From contig JBDGYV010000009.1 in assembly GCA_039588915.1 (NCBI GenBank), positions 517-64,516 on the forward strand: a DNA stretch of 64,000 bases, written 5' to 3'. Source of the DNA: Gemmatimonadota bacterium. GTDB taxonomy: Bacteria > Gemmatimonadota > Gemmatimonadetes > JACCXV01 > JAHWKZ01. Every line of letters starts with the position of its first letter. The stretch's first letter is position 1. Positions 16,620 through 24,912 of the stretch are shown one piece after another. The translations under genes were made by a program, and so were the position numbers. The notes beneath the pieces are model-generated. The model worked only from the letters and a program-made list of their open reading frames with translations, did not search any database and was not told where the DNA came from.

Positions 16620-17389
16620 GGATTACTGGGCTTGCGAGCCACGATCCCTATTGTGTGTGCTAGGTAATGGGCGACACGTGGCGCCAACAAGCGATCTCGG
16701 ACCTCGCGGCGGGCTCGCCGAAAAACCTTTGGTCCACGCGGTTCTAGGGGCAGCGATGCCATCGGCCGGGCCGCGTGGCGAAGTAACCGGTAGGCCAAGC
16801 TCGGCACCATCCAATCACCATAGGTCTCGATCACCTCGTAGCCGGCGCCCGATACCAACCGCTGGAGCTGACCGATCGTATATTCGGTTTCCCAGCCCGC
16901 GAACCATCGGTCAAAACGCAATGCCATTCGCTTGAGGAACGTCCATGGATGAAAGGTCTGTGGAACGTCGACCACCAGCAGGCCGCCCGGTTGGGTAACC
17001 CGCGAGTTTTCCGCCAGGAACGCGGTCGGGTTTCCAAAGTGTTCGAGCACGCCTTGATGGAATACGACATCGAAAGTCGCATCCGCAAACGGAAGATGCA
17101 GGGCATCGCCGCCAACGAGCCCTCGTCCCACTAAGCTCGGCGCCGACCGCGCCATGAGCGACCAGGCGGTCGGAGAGCTGTCGAGCGCAATCGCGAAGAG
17201 TCCTCTCTCGGACAGCCACGCAGTGTCGCGCCCCGTTCCGGCGCCTACTTCGAGTACTCGCTCTGCATCTGGCGGAAGCGCTCGCATGACCGCCTCGAGC
17301 ACTCTCGGGCTAGATCGGTAGACCTGTTCGAGGTCGTCCTTCTCGGCCCAGAACCGGTCCCAGCGTGGGACGTCCGGCCTTTCGGTCAC
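16616..17389 (-). CDS. class I SAM-dependent methyltransferase (257 aa)
   Basis: VLEVGAGTGRDTAWLSERG (motif I) and FDVVFHQGVLEHF. 4-nt overlaps on both sides. Confidence 0.8.
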   Translation of the reverse strand: MTERPDVPRWDRFWAEKDDLEQVYRSSPRVLEAVMRALPPDAERVLEVGAGTGRDTAWLSERGLFAIALDSSPTAWSLMARSAPSLVGRGLVGGDALHLPFADATFDVVFHQGVLEHFGNPTAFLAENSRVTQPGGLLVVDVPQTFHPWTFLKRMALRFDRWFAGWETEYTIGQLQRLVSGAGYEVIETYGDWMVPSLAYRLLRHAARPMASLPLEPRGPKVFRRARREVRDRLLAPRVAHYLAHTIGIVARKPSNP

Positions 17390-18165
17390 AGCCCCATCGC
17401 CAATCTGGCGGCCTCGAAACGCGGGAGCCCGCGGCGATCAATGGCGTCTTGCGCTGCTGCGATATCGTACTCGAGTCGGACCATGTGCACCGTGTCCGAG
17501 CCCAGATCGAGCACCGCACAGGCTGCCCGAGGATCGCGGTCTCGTGGCTGGCCGACGGCGCCCGGGTTGATGATCGCCCGGCGGTATTGGTTCAAGGGTA
17601 CCTCCCTCTCGTCCACGGCGGCTGCGTCCTCCGCATTGTCGACGTCGACTCGGCTGATTTCACCGTCAGCTGTTTGAGCGAACACCGCCGGAACGTGCGT
17701 GTGCCCAACAAGCCCGTAGCGGGTCGCCAGGGCTTCGAACTCAACCACCGCGTCGGCTTCACCGTGGATGTACCTGTAACGACTGGGGTTGGCGAATCCG
17801 CTGTGACCTAAGGTGACTCCATCGAGGTCGATCGTTGGTGGCAACTCAGCCAACCAGACGAGCTCCGCCTCACCGAGCAGCTCGGCTTGACGTTCAACCG
17901 CTCGGCGCGCGTGTTCGTTGAACCGTCCTCTGAGCGATGGTTCGACGACCGCGTGATCGTGGTTCCCCCTGACCGTGCCCGCGCAGCGTTCGCGGATGAT
18001 CCGAATGCAATCTTCAGGATCACCCCCATATCCGACCACATCGCCCAAGCAGTAGATGGCGTCTACGCCCGCATCATCGAGGTACTGTACTGCCCGGGTC
18101 AGCGCCTGGAGATTCGCGTGGACGTCGGCGACAACACCGTAGCGGGCGGGCGTGTGTTCAGTCAT
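17386..18165 (-). CDS. metallophosphoesterase family protein (259 aa)
   Basis: VVADVHAN, LGDVVGYG, GNHD and GHTH are calcineurin-like phosphoesterase motifs. Confidence 0.8.
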   Translation of the reverse strand: MTEHTPARYGVVADVHANLQALTRAVQYLDDAGVDAIYCLGDVVGYGGDPEDCIRIIRERCAGTVRGNHDHAVVEPSLRGRFNEHARRAVERQAELLGEAELVWLAELPPTIDLDGVTLGHSGFANPSRYRYIHGEADAVVEFEALATRYGLVGHTHVPAVFAQTADGEISRVDVDNAEDAAAVDEREVPLNQYRRAIINPGAVGQPRDRDPRAACAVLDLGSDTVHMVRLEYDIAAAQDAIDRRGLPRFEAARLAMGL

Positions 18166-18198
18166 GGTCTGGGGCTGACAGCCGCTGTGTGGGGCGGC

Positions 18199-18621
18199 TC
18201 AGGAGGGAATGATATCGAGCCGCCGGCCTGCAGCGTCGAGAACTCCGTTGACGAAGCGAGCCGAGTCCTTTCCGCCGTAACGATCGGCCAACTGGATCGC
18301 CTCGTCGATCGTTACCTTGAATGGAACGTCGCTCATGTAACAGAACTCGACCAGCGCGAGCCGCAGTATGGATCGATCGATGACCGACATCCTGGCGGGG
18401 TCCCAGTTCTCTGCTGCCTGATCGACCATCATGTCGATCTCATCCATGTTGTCCGAAAGCGCTGCCAAGATCTCTTCGGCGAAAGACCGGGTGCCGGAAG
18501 CGATCTTTCGCCGGCTAAAGAAGTCTTGTGCTTCATCCAAAAGCGACCGGGAGCGGCTCTGAATCTCCCATGCGTATAGAATCTGAAGCACCCACCGCCG
18601 TGCCTTGTGGCGACGCTTCAT
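18199..18621 (-). CDS. nusB: transcription antitermination factor NusB
   Basis: 140 aa; RRWVLQILYAWE..., SVIDRSILRLALVEF..., VTIDEAIQLADRYGGKDSARFVNGVLD. Conserved ribH-nusB adjacency. Confidence 0.9.
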   Translation of the reverse strand: MKRRHKARRWVLQILYAWEIQSRSRSLLDEAQDFFSRRKIASGTRSFAEEILAALSDNMDEIDMMVDQAAENWDPARMSVIDRSILRLALVEFCYMSDVPFKVTIDEAIQLADRYGGKDSARFVNGVLDAAGRRLDIIPS

Positions 18622-19130
18622 CGGGCCTGGAATCCTCGCACGGCAGGTTCGGTCTCGGCCAGGTGCGTGTAGAGGGACAGTTGCGAGAGCACAGCGCGGG
18701 CAGCTTCTCCGCCCTTGTCGCCGCCCTGCCGGCCGGCACGTTGCTCCGCCTGCTCTCGAGTATCGGTCGTCAACACACCAAACCCGAGGGGAATGTTCAA
18801 TTCGACCGCCAACCGCTGAAGTCCTTGAGCCGCAGCTTCAGCAATGATGTCGAAGTGCGGGGTCTCGCCGCGAATCACCGCACCAAGCGCGACAACGGCA
18901 TCGATATCTGGCCGCAAGCCGACCACCTGGCGGCAGGCGGGGGCTAGCTCAAAAGCGCCAGCCACGTGGTGTTCCTCGATATCGGGTTCGACCACACCGG
19001 CGGCGAGCAGCGCTTCACGAGCACCAGCGGCCAGTTCGCTCGTGATCTGCTGGTTGAATTCCGCGACCACCAGCGCGACTCGCTTTCCCGTGGCATCGAT
19101 CTCCGACTTGTGTGCGCCTCCAGTTACCAC
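18618..19130 (-). CDS. ribH: 6,7-dimethyl-8-ribityllumazine synthase
   Basis: RVALVVAEFNQQIT..., VAGAFELAPA..., DAVVALGAVIRGETPHFD..., IPLGFGVLTTD. Confidence 0.93.
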   Translation of the reverse strand: MVTGGAHKSEIDATGKRVALVVAEFNQQITSELAAGAREALLAAGVVEPDIEEHHVAGAFELAPACRQVVGLRPDIDAVVALGAVIRGETPHFDIIAEAAAQGLQRLAVELNIPLGFGVLTTDTREQAEQRAGRQGGDKGGEAARAVLSQLSLYTHLAETEPAVRGFQAR

Positions 19131-19142
19131 GTTACCACCCGC

Positions 19143-20354
19143 TCATTGTCGAAGGAGGTGCCCAAGCTTGTCGCGCTTGGTTTCGAGATAGCGCCGGTTG
19201 TAGGCGGTGGGTTCGATCTCGATCGGGACGTGCTCGGTAATCTTGAGTCCATAGCCCTCGATCGCCGCTCGCTTCCGCGGGTTGTTGGTCAGCAGTCGCA
19301 ATGTGGTCAATCCGAGATCCACGAGGATTTGACACCCGATACCATAGTCGCGTGGATCGGGTCGAAAGCCGAGGTGTTCATTGGCCTCGACAGTGTCAAG
19401 ACCCTCATCCTGAAGCATGTACGCCTTGAGCTTATTGACGAGCCCGATGCCCCGGCCCTCCTGGTGCATATACAAAACGACTCCCCGACCCTCCTGCTCG
19501 ACTTGGAACAGCGCTTGATTGAGCTGGGGTCCGCAATCGCATCGCAGGCTGCCTAACACGTCGCCCGTAAAGCACGATGAATGGACTCGCGTCAGGATGT
19601 CCCCCTTCCCCTTTACCTCGCCTTTGACCAGGGCCAAGTGGTGCTCGTCGTTGATCGTTGTGCCATAGAGGATCAACCGGAATTCCCCGAAGTGGGTAGG
19701 TAACGGAGTCTCGGCCACACGGACGATCATCTTTTCCTTGATCCGGCGGTACTTGATGAGGTCCTGGATGGTGATGATCCCGAGATGGTGCTCGCGCGCG
19801 ATCTCGAGAAGTCGCGGGAGGCGGGCCATCGTTCCATCATCGTCGACGACCTCGCAAAGCACCGCCACTGGACTTAAGCCAGCCAGTCTCACTAGATCGA
19901 CCGCCGCCTCGGTGTGGCCAGCGCGTCGTAGAACGCCGCCGTTTTTGCCGCGTAACGGAAAAATGTGGCCGGGTCGAGCCAGATCGCTCGGCTCGGTGGT
20001 TCGATCGACAAGTGCGCGGACCGTGGCGGCCCGATCGGCAGCACTGATTCCGGTGGTCACGCCGTGCTTCACGTCTACTGACACGGTGAAGGCGGTTTCG
20101 TGAAGGGCCGTGTTGTCGGTGACCATGGGGTCGAGCCCCAGCTCGTCGGCACGGTTCACGGCGATGGGGGCACAGATGAGCCCTCGACCCTCCCGAGCCA
20201 TGAAGTTGATCGTTTCCGCGGTCACCCGCTCAGCCGCCATGATGAAATCGCCTTCGTTTTCGCGATCTTCATCGTCTACGACGACGAGAATCTCGCCACG
20301 GCGGATCGCTTCGAGGGCTTCCTCGATCGGGGTGAATGTCGCTGGCTGGATCAT
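19143..20354 (-). CDS. ribBA: bifunctional 3,4-dihydroxy-2-butanone-4-phosphate synthase / GTP cyclohydrolase II
   Basis: This is the C-terminal 403 aa of track ORF 19143..20915, starting at [42 protein letters not shown]. Also LRCDCGPQL and [16 protein letters not shown] at 20354 sits in an ATGA arrangement with a stop in the adjacent frame. Confidence 0.9.
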   Translation of the reverse strand: MIQPATFTPIEEALEAIRRGEILVVVDDEDRENEGDFIMAAERVTAETINFMAREGRGLICAPIAVNRADELGLDPMVTDNTALHETAFTVSVDVKHGVTTGISAADRAATVRALVDRTTEPSDLARPGHIFPLRGKNGGVLRRAGHTEAAVDLVRLAGLSPVAVLCEVVDDDGTMARLPRLLEIAREHHLGIITIQDLIKYRRIKEKMIVRVAETPLPTHFGEFRLILYGTTINDEHHLALVKGEVKGKGDILTRVHSSCFTGDVLGSLRCDCGPQLNQALFQVEQEGRGVVLYMHQEGRGIGLVNKLKAYMLQDEGLDTVEANEHLGFRPDPRDYGIGCQILVDLGLTTLRLLTNNPRKRAAIEGYGLKITEHVPIEIEPTAYNRRYLETKRDKLGHLLRQ

Positions 20355-20915
20355 TCGCGAGCCTCCATGAGGCGCTGAACGTAACGGGCCACCAGATCGT
20401 AAGAGATCCTCGAAAGTCGTCGCCAACCAGGTGTGCGGAACGATCGATAGTCGAACGCCGGTGTCGGTTGCCGACAGAACCGTCAGGCTCACTCCGTTCA
20501 CCGCGATCGAGCCGCGATCGGCGACCAACACCCGCCCGGATTCTGGCAACAATATAGAAATGTACCGGTTCTCCTCGCGCCGTTCAATCGAATCCACTGT
20601 TCCGACATCGTCGACGTGGCCTTGAACGAGATGTCCCCCGAGGTGGTCACCCACGACCAGCGAGCGCTCGAGATTGACGCGTCGCCCGGGTTCGTAGTGA
20701 CCGATGATCGTGAGTGCGATCGTCTCGCGAACGGCCTCGACACGAAACACTTCGTTCGAGTGCCCGACTACCGTCAGGCACACACCGTCGACCGCCACCG
20801 ATTCACCAGTCTCGAGATCGCCTGCCCAGTCAGCCGAAATCTCGATGGTTCGGCCCTCACCCAACGGTTCGATAGCGTTTACTATCCCGATCGTTTCGAT
20901 GATGCCGGTAAACAC
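20351..20915 (-). pseudogene. ribE: riboflavin synthase (RibE) with disrupted C-terminus; as assembled it reads through in frame into ribBA
   Basis: MFTGIIETIG...GESVAVDGVCLTV...GRRVNLERS...GGHLVQGHVD...SIAVNGVSLTV...SIVPHTWLATTFEDL is canonical up to about residue 171. The expected G-D-x-V-N-x-E strand is then missing. The canonical C-terminal helix [16 protein letters not shown]-stop is encoded in the +1 frame, ending in ATGA with ribBA. The frame switch is near 20400-20405. Confidence 0.7.
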
Positions 20916-20930
20916 TCGACCCCGGTCGGC

Positions 20931-22079
20931 TCAGCCGTCCGAAACGGTCTCGACGAGTCCGGTCACGGCTGCGTCGCGACCGTGTAATTGCCACTCTGGT
21001 TTGTCGAGCCGGAACCCGTTACGAGGCGCATCGGATAGAAGCAGTGGGAGGGCGCCCTTGGAAGCGACCCAATCGGGCGCGAGAAACATCGTCCAACGAT
21101 CCACGAGGCCGGCGGCGACGAATGCGGTCGCGAGCGTCGGACCGGGTTCGACGAGGACTCCGGCCACCGCACGAGCAGCCAGTGTGTCAGAAACAGCCTG
21201 CAGGTCAACGCCCTCGTCGGAGCCCGCGATCGGGATGACATCGACGCCCCGTTCGATCAAAGCCCTGCGTCGCGTCGCATCGGCCGATTGGGAGCAGAAG
21301 ATCCACACCGGTTGTGCTGCAGCTGACTTCACGAGGTTCGAATCGGGTGGCGTCCTCAGCCCGGAGTCCAGGACGATCCGGATCGGTTGAACCTCCGGCC
21401 ATTCGATATCACGATTGGTGTGCCCCGGGGGTGGCCATTCGCGCACCGTCAGCAGGGGATCATCGTCCAACACGGTGCCCGCACCGACCATGACCGCCGG
21501 AGTGAGACGTCGCAAGCGGTGGACTTCCGTTTGTGCCGCCTTGCCGGTAATCCAGCGATTGCCTTCGCGACCGGTCGTCACTCGACCATTGAGCGTCTGC
21601 GCGGTTTTCATGTGAAAGAACGGGCGGCTTGTGTGCACGAAGTGCAACCACGCCTCGTTGAGCCGCTCCGCTTCGGCGACGAGGATACCGCCTGTGACGG
21701 CAATCCCGGCGGCTTCGAGGGCTCGTTCCCCCCCAGCACCCGTGGCAGGGTCTCGGGCCCCGTAGAACACGCTGCCGATGCCGGCGCTGGAGAGGGCGTC
21801 TGTACAAGCCGGCGTGCGTCCCTGCGCAGCGCACGGCTCGAGACTGACGATGGCGATGGCGCCTCGAATGTCGTGCGCCGCCTTTCGTGACGCCTCGAGC
21901 GCTGCGACCTCGGCGTGAGGTCCGCCAGCCTGGGCGTGATATCCTTCACCGAGCACGCGACCATCGGGATCGACCAGGACGCACCCAACCATCGGGTTGG
22001 GCGCGGTCTTTCCGCCACCGCGCTCGGCGAGAGCGAGTGCTCTGCGCATCAGTTCTTCGATGCGGTTGCGCTTCAACAC
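20931..22079 (-). CDS. ribD: bifunctional diaminohydroxyphosphoribosylaminopyrimidine deaminase / 5-amino-6-(5-phosphoribosylamino)uracil reductase
   Basis: PNPMVGCVLV, HAEVAAL and SLEPCA (deaminase zinc motifs), then a reductase domain (KTAQTLNGRV...). Confidence 0.92.
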   Translation of the reverse strand: MLKRNRIEELMRRALALAERGGGKTAPNPMVGCVLVDPDGRVLGEGYHAQAGGPHAEVAALEASRKAAHDIRGAIAIVSLEPCAAQGRTPACTDALSSAGIGSVFYGARDPATGAGGERALEAAGIAVTGGILVAEAERLNEAWLHFVHTSRPFFHMKTAQTLNGRVTTGREGNRWITGKAAQTEVHRLRRLTPAVMVGAGTVLDDDPLLTVREWPPPGHTNRDIEWPEVQPIRIVLDSGLRTPPDSNLVKSAAAQPVWIFCSQSADATRRRALIERGVDVIPIAGSDEGVDLQAVSDTLAARAVAGVLVEPGPTLATAFVAAGLVDRWTMFLAPDWVASKGALPLLLSDAPRNGFRLDKPEWQLHGRDAAVTGLVETVSDG

Positions 22080-22085
22080 GATCGC

Positions 22086-22916
22086 CTACGTTCCACCAAG
22101 TCGAGCGCCGATCGCCCCAAACCAGCCGCCATCGTACCGACCGACCTCGATGGCGAAGCCGAGCAGCGCTAACCCCAGCTCCAAACCACCATAGACCTTC
22201 CCGTGGGTGCTGGATGTTTCAATATCACCCCTTATCTCCACGCCTCCGGTCGAACTCCCGAGCGGAATGCGGTAGTCCGCCTTGATCTCTGTTCGATCGA
22301 CGCCCACGCCCGCATATGGGGTGAACAGCACGAGCCCCTTTGAAACGTCGAGACGAAAAGAGAGTGAGTTGACGTCGGCGTTGTACGACACCACGTCGGA
22401 ATCGAACTCTTCAAAATCGAGTCCCGTTACCCACGACCGAAAAACAGAAGCGGTAATAGCCGGCATGGCGATCGACTCGTCCAGGATGCTGACGCGTCCA
22501 CCGAGCGCGAGCAGACCGACGCTGCCCTCAAGATCCCCGGTTCCGGTGAGTATTCCGGCGCGGCCCATAACGTCGACCGATCCAGAACCTGGGCCCCACA
22601 GCCCAACGGCACCGTTGAGCATGCCCATCGGCACGTGGAAGTCGACGTCTCCGGTTGAGCGGCGCGGGTCAAGTATGCCGACGTTGGTTAAACCCAACGC
22701 CGCTCCGATCCGAAACCCGCCGAGGCCCCCGGTCGTGGGTGCCGGTCCCGTGAGCGGGCTACCACCGGCGAGCGCTTGCCCAAGACCACGGGACGCGTCT
22801 TCGATCGCGGCACGCACCCGGAGCTCGGAGACCGTTTGCCCGTCAGCCGGGGTAGTTGCACCGCAAGCCCAGGTGACGAGAACGACGGTAACGATGTTTC
22901 TGGGGGTCAGACCCAC
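22086..22916 (-). CDS. hypothetical Gly-rich secreted protein, possibly an outer-membrane beta-barrel or lipoprotein
   Basis: The track ORF runs to 23024 and overlaps purM. GTG at 22916 gives VGLTPRNIVTVVLVTWACG..., a signal-peptide or lipobox-like N-terminus. The rest shows alternating hydrophobic/Gly patterns (GFRIGAALGLTNVG..., LVLFTPYAGVGVD..., KVYGGLELGLALLGFAIEVG). I recognise no family. Confidence 0.5.
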   Translation of the reverse strand: MGLTPRNIVTVVLVTWACGATTPADGQTVSELRVRAAIEDASRGLGQALAGGSPLTGPAPTTGGLGGFRIGAALGLTNVGILDPRRSTGDVDFHVPMGMLNGAVGLWGPGSGSVDVMGRAGILTGTGDLEGSVGLLALGGRVSILDESIAMPAITASVFRSWVTGLDFEEFDSDVVSYNADVNSLSFRLDVSKGLVLFTPYAGVGVDRTEIKADYRIPLGSSTGGVEIRGDIETSSTHGKVYGGLELGLALLGFAIEVGRYDGGWFGAIGARLGGT

Positions 22917-23971
22917 TGCAGGTCTTCCCCGGCAACAACCTCGCCGATCTTGAGCGCGGGCTCGCCGGACGCCTGGCACTGCTTGGCGATCTCGCTGGCG
23001 CGCTCGGCGGCCACTATCAAACAAAACCCGATCCCCATGTTGAAAACCCGGTACATCTCATCGCTGGTAACGCTTCCAACGGTCGCGAGGTAGTCGAACA
23101 ATGGGCCAGGTGTCCACGCGGAGCGGTCGATAACCGCGCTCAATCCGGGTGGTAATGCCCGCGCAAGATTAGCGGAAAACCCGCCGCCCGTGATGTGGGC
23201 GGCGGCGTGCAACTCTTCGTCTCGCAGTAACGGTTCGACCGCTCGCAGATACGATCGGTGAACCGCCAAAAGCTCATCGGCCCAGCTCGTCTCAGCCCAG
23301 GGCACCGCGTCCTCCGGTCGTTGGCCAGCGATGTCGAAAACGATTCGCCGCGCCAGCGAATAGCCATTGGTGTGAAGACCACTCGAGCCCAAACCGAGAA
23401 TCACGTCTCCGACCCGCACCCGGTTCTCGGAAGCTCCCCATCGCGCGATCATCGAACCGACCGCGAAACCGGCGAGATCGTACTTGCCTGCTGAGTACAG
23501 ATCCGGCATCTCTGCGGTTTCTCCCCCGAGGAGCGGGATCGCGTTGGCCGCACACGCACGCGCGAATCCGGTCACAATCGATAACACGACCTCAGACTCG
23601 AGTTTTCCGGTGGCGATATAGTCCAGAAAGAACAGGGGTCTCGCGCCGGCTGCCAAAAGATCGTCGACGCAGTGGTTAACCAAGTCCTCGCCGACGGTGT
23701 CGTGCCGATTGGCGAGCTGAGCGACCAGTACCTTTGTCCCGACGCCATCAGCGGATGCGACCAACACCGACCCGGTGTTGGGGACCGAAGCGAGATCGTA
23801 GCCACCGGCGAAGCCGCCGATCTCGGTGACGACCCGATCATCGAGAGTCGGCTCGACGATCTCCCTGAGGCGTCGCTTGATGTGGTCTGCGGTGGCCAAG
23901 TCGACCCCGGCTTCCCGGTAGCTGGGCGCCGCGTCGGTCGAGGTCTCAGGCATCCTGGAGAATTGGCTCAT
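22907..23971 (-). CDS. purM: phosphoribosylformylglycinamidine cyclo-ligase (AIR synthetase)
   Basis: SYREAGVDLATAD..., ASADGVGTKVLVAQ..., DCVDDLLAAGARPLFFLDY..., GGETAEMP. The start is ambiguous: ATG at 24013, 23971 and 23953 are all in frame. Confidence 0.9.
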   Translation of the reverse strand: MSQFSRMPETSTDAAPSYREAGVDLATADHIKRRLREIVEPTLDDRVVTEIGGFAGGYDLASVPNTGSVLVASADGVGTKVLVAQLANRHDTVGEDLVNHCVDDLLAAGARPLFFLDYIATGKLESEVVLSIVTGFARACAANAIPLLGGETAEMPDLYSAGKYDLAGFAVGSMIARWGASENRVRVGDVILGLGSSGLHTNGYSLARRIVFDIAGQRPEDAVPWAETSWADELLAVHRSYLRAVEPLLRDEELHAAAHITGGGFSANLARALPPGLSAVIDRSAWTPGPLFDYLATVGSVTSDEMYRVFNMGIGFCLIVAAERASEIAKQCQASGEPALKIGEVVAGEDLQWV

Positions 23972-24872
23972 AATCGAATCGCGTAAGATGTTCGAACTCG
24001 CGGAACCGAGCATCGATTTGAGTAGACTCCAAATGAGCTAACCGGTCAACCGAGAAGTCTTCGCAGCAAAATGAGCCCATCGCGGAGCCATAGATGGCGG
24101 CTCGCCTGATGCCCTCAGGAGTGATCTGCCCTGTCGCCGCGATGTAGCCGAGGAAACCGCCGGCGAACGAATCGCCGGCTCCGGTTGGGTCCACGATCGT
24201 TTCCAACGGCAGACCGGGAACCGCGAAAAGCCAATCGTCTGCGAACGCGATCGCGCCGTGTTCGCCCTTCTTGACTACGAGGAGCTGTGGGCCCCAACCC
24301 AGTATCTTGTTGGCCGCGGTACGGATATTGGGCTCTTGAGCCAACTCTCGAGTTTCGGAGTCGTTGATGAGTACGATATCGACGCGCTCGAGAACTCTAC
24401 GGAGCTCGTCGGGGGCCCCCTCAATCCAGTAATCCATAGTGTCGAGCGCGGCCGATTGTGGCGCGGCCATCTGATCGAGCACGGTCAACTGAAGCGATGG
24501 CGCGATATTGGCGAGAAAGACGTGTTTGGTTTGACGGTATTCTTCCGGGATGATGGGATTGAACTCGGCGAACACGTTGAGATCGGTGAACGTCGTTTCA
24601 CGGGCGTTGAGATCGTAGCCGTACCGACCGCCCCACCGGAACGTCGCGCCATCCCGCACTTGAAGACCCGTCAGATCGATTCCGCGGGCTGCCAAAACGT
24701 CCAAATGAGGCTGTGGAAAATCGGTGCCAACCACACCGACCAACCGAACGTCAGTAAAGTATGAGGCCGCCAAACCGAAATACACAGCGGCTCCCCCCAA
24801 CGCCGATGTCCGTTTACCAAACGGCGTCTCGACATCGTCAAGCGCGACTGACCCTACCACCAAGATCGACAT
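23946..24872 (-). CDS. PfkB-family carbohydrate kinase (308 aa)
   Basis: ILVVGSVALDDV..., GGAAVYFGLA..., and C-terminal DPTGAGDSFAGGFLGYI (PfkB signature 2). Confidence 0.85.
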   Translation of the reverse strand: MSILVVGSVALDDVETPFGKRTSALGGAAVYFGLAASYFTDVRLVGVVGTDFPQPHLDVLAARGIDLTGLQVRDGATFRWGGRYGYDLNARETTFTDLNVFAEFNPIIPEEYRQTKHVFLANIAPSLQLTVLDQMAAPQSAALDTMDYWIEGAPDELRRVLERVDIVLINDSETRELAQEPNIRTAANKILGWGPQLLVVKKGEHGAIAFADDWLFAVPGLPLETIVDPTGAGDSFAGGFLGYIAATGQITPEGIRRAAIYGSAMGSFCCEDFSVDRLAHLESTQIDARFREFEHLTRFDYEPILQDA

Positions 24873-24912
24873 TGATATTCACCGCTCCTCGTGAAGAAGG
24901 TTATGGTGTAGC

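Noticed and set aside
17386-18165. Metallophosphoesterase plus neighbouring methyltransferases as a possible phage-defence or restriction-like module
   Set aside because: The methyltransferases are small-molecule or sugar-type class I enzymes without DNA MTase motifs (no DPPY/NPPY or PCQ motifs). No nuclease, helicase or ATPase partners are present. The glycosylation context explains these genes better.
22080-22085. Expected FMN (RFN) riboswitch upstream of ribD
   Set aside because: Only 6 nt separate ribD from the preceding ORF. I saw no RFN-like conserved core anywhere between purM and ribD.
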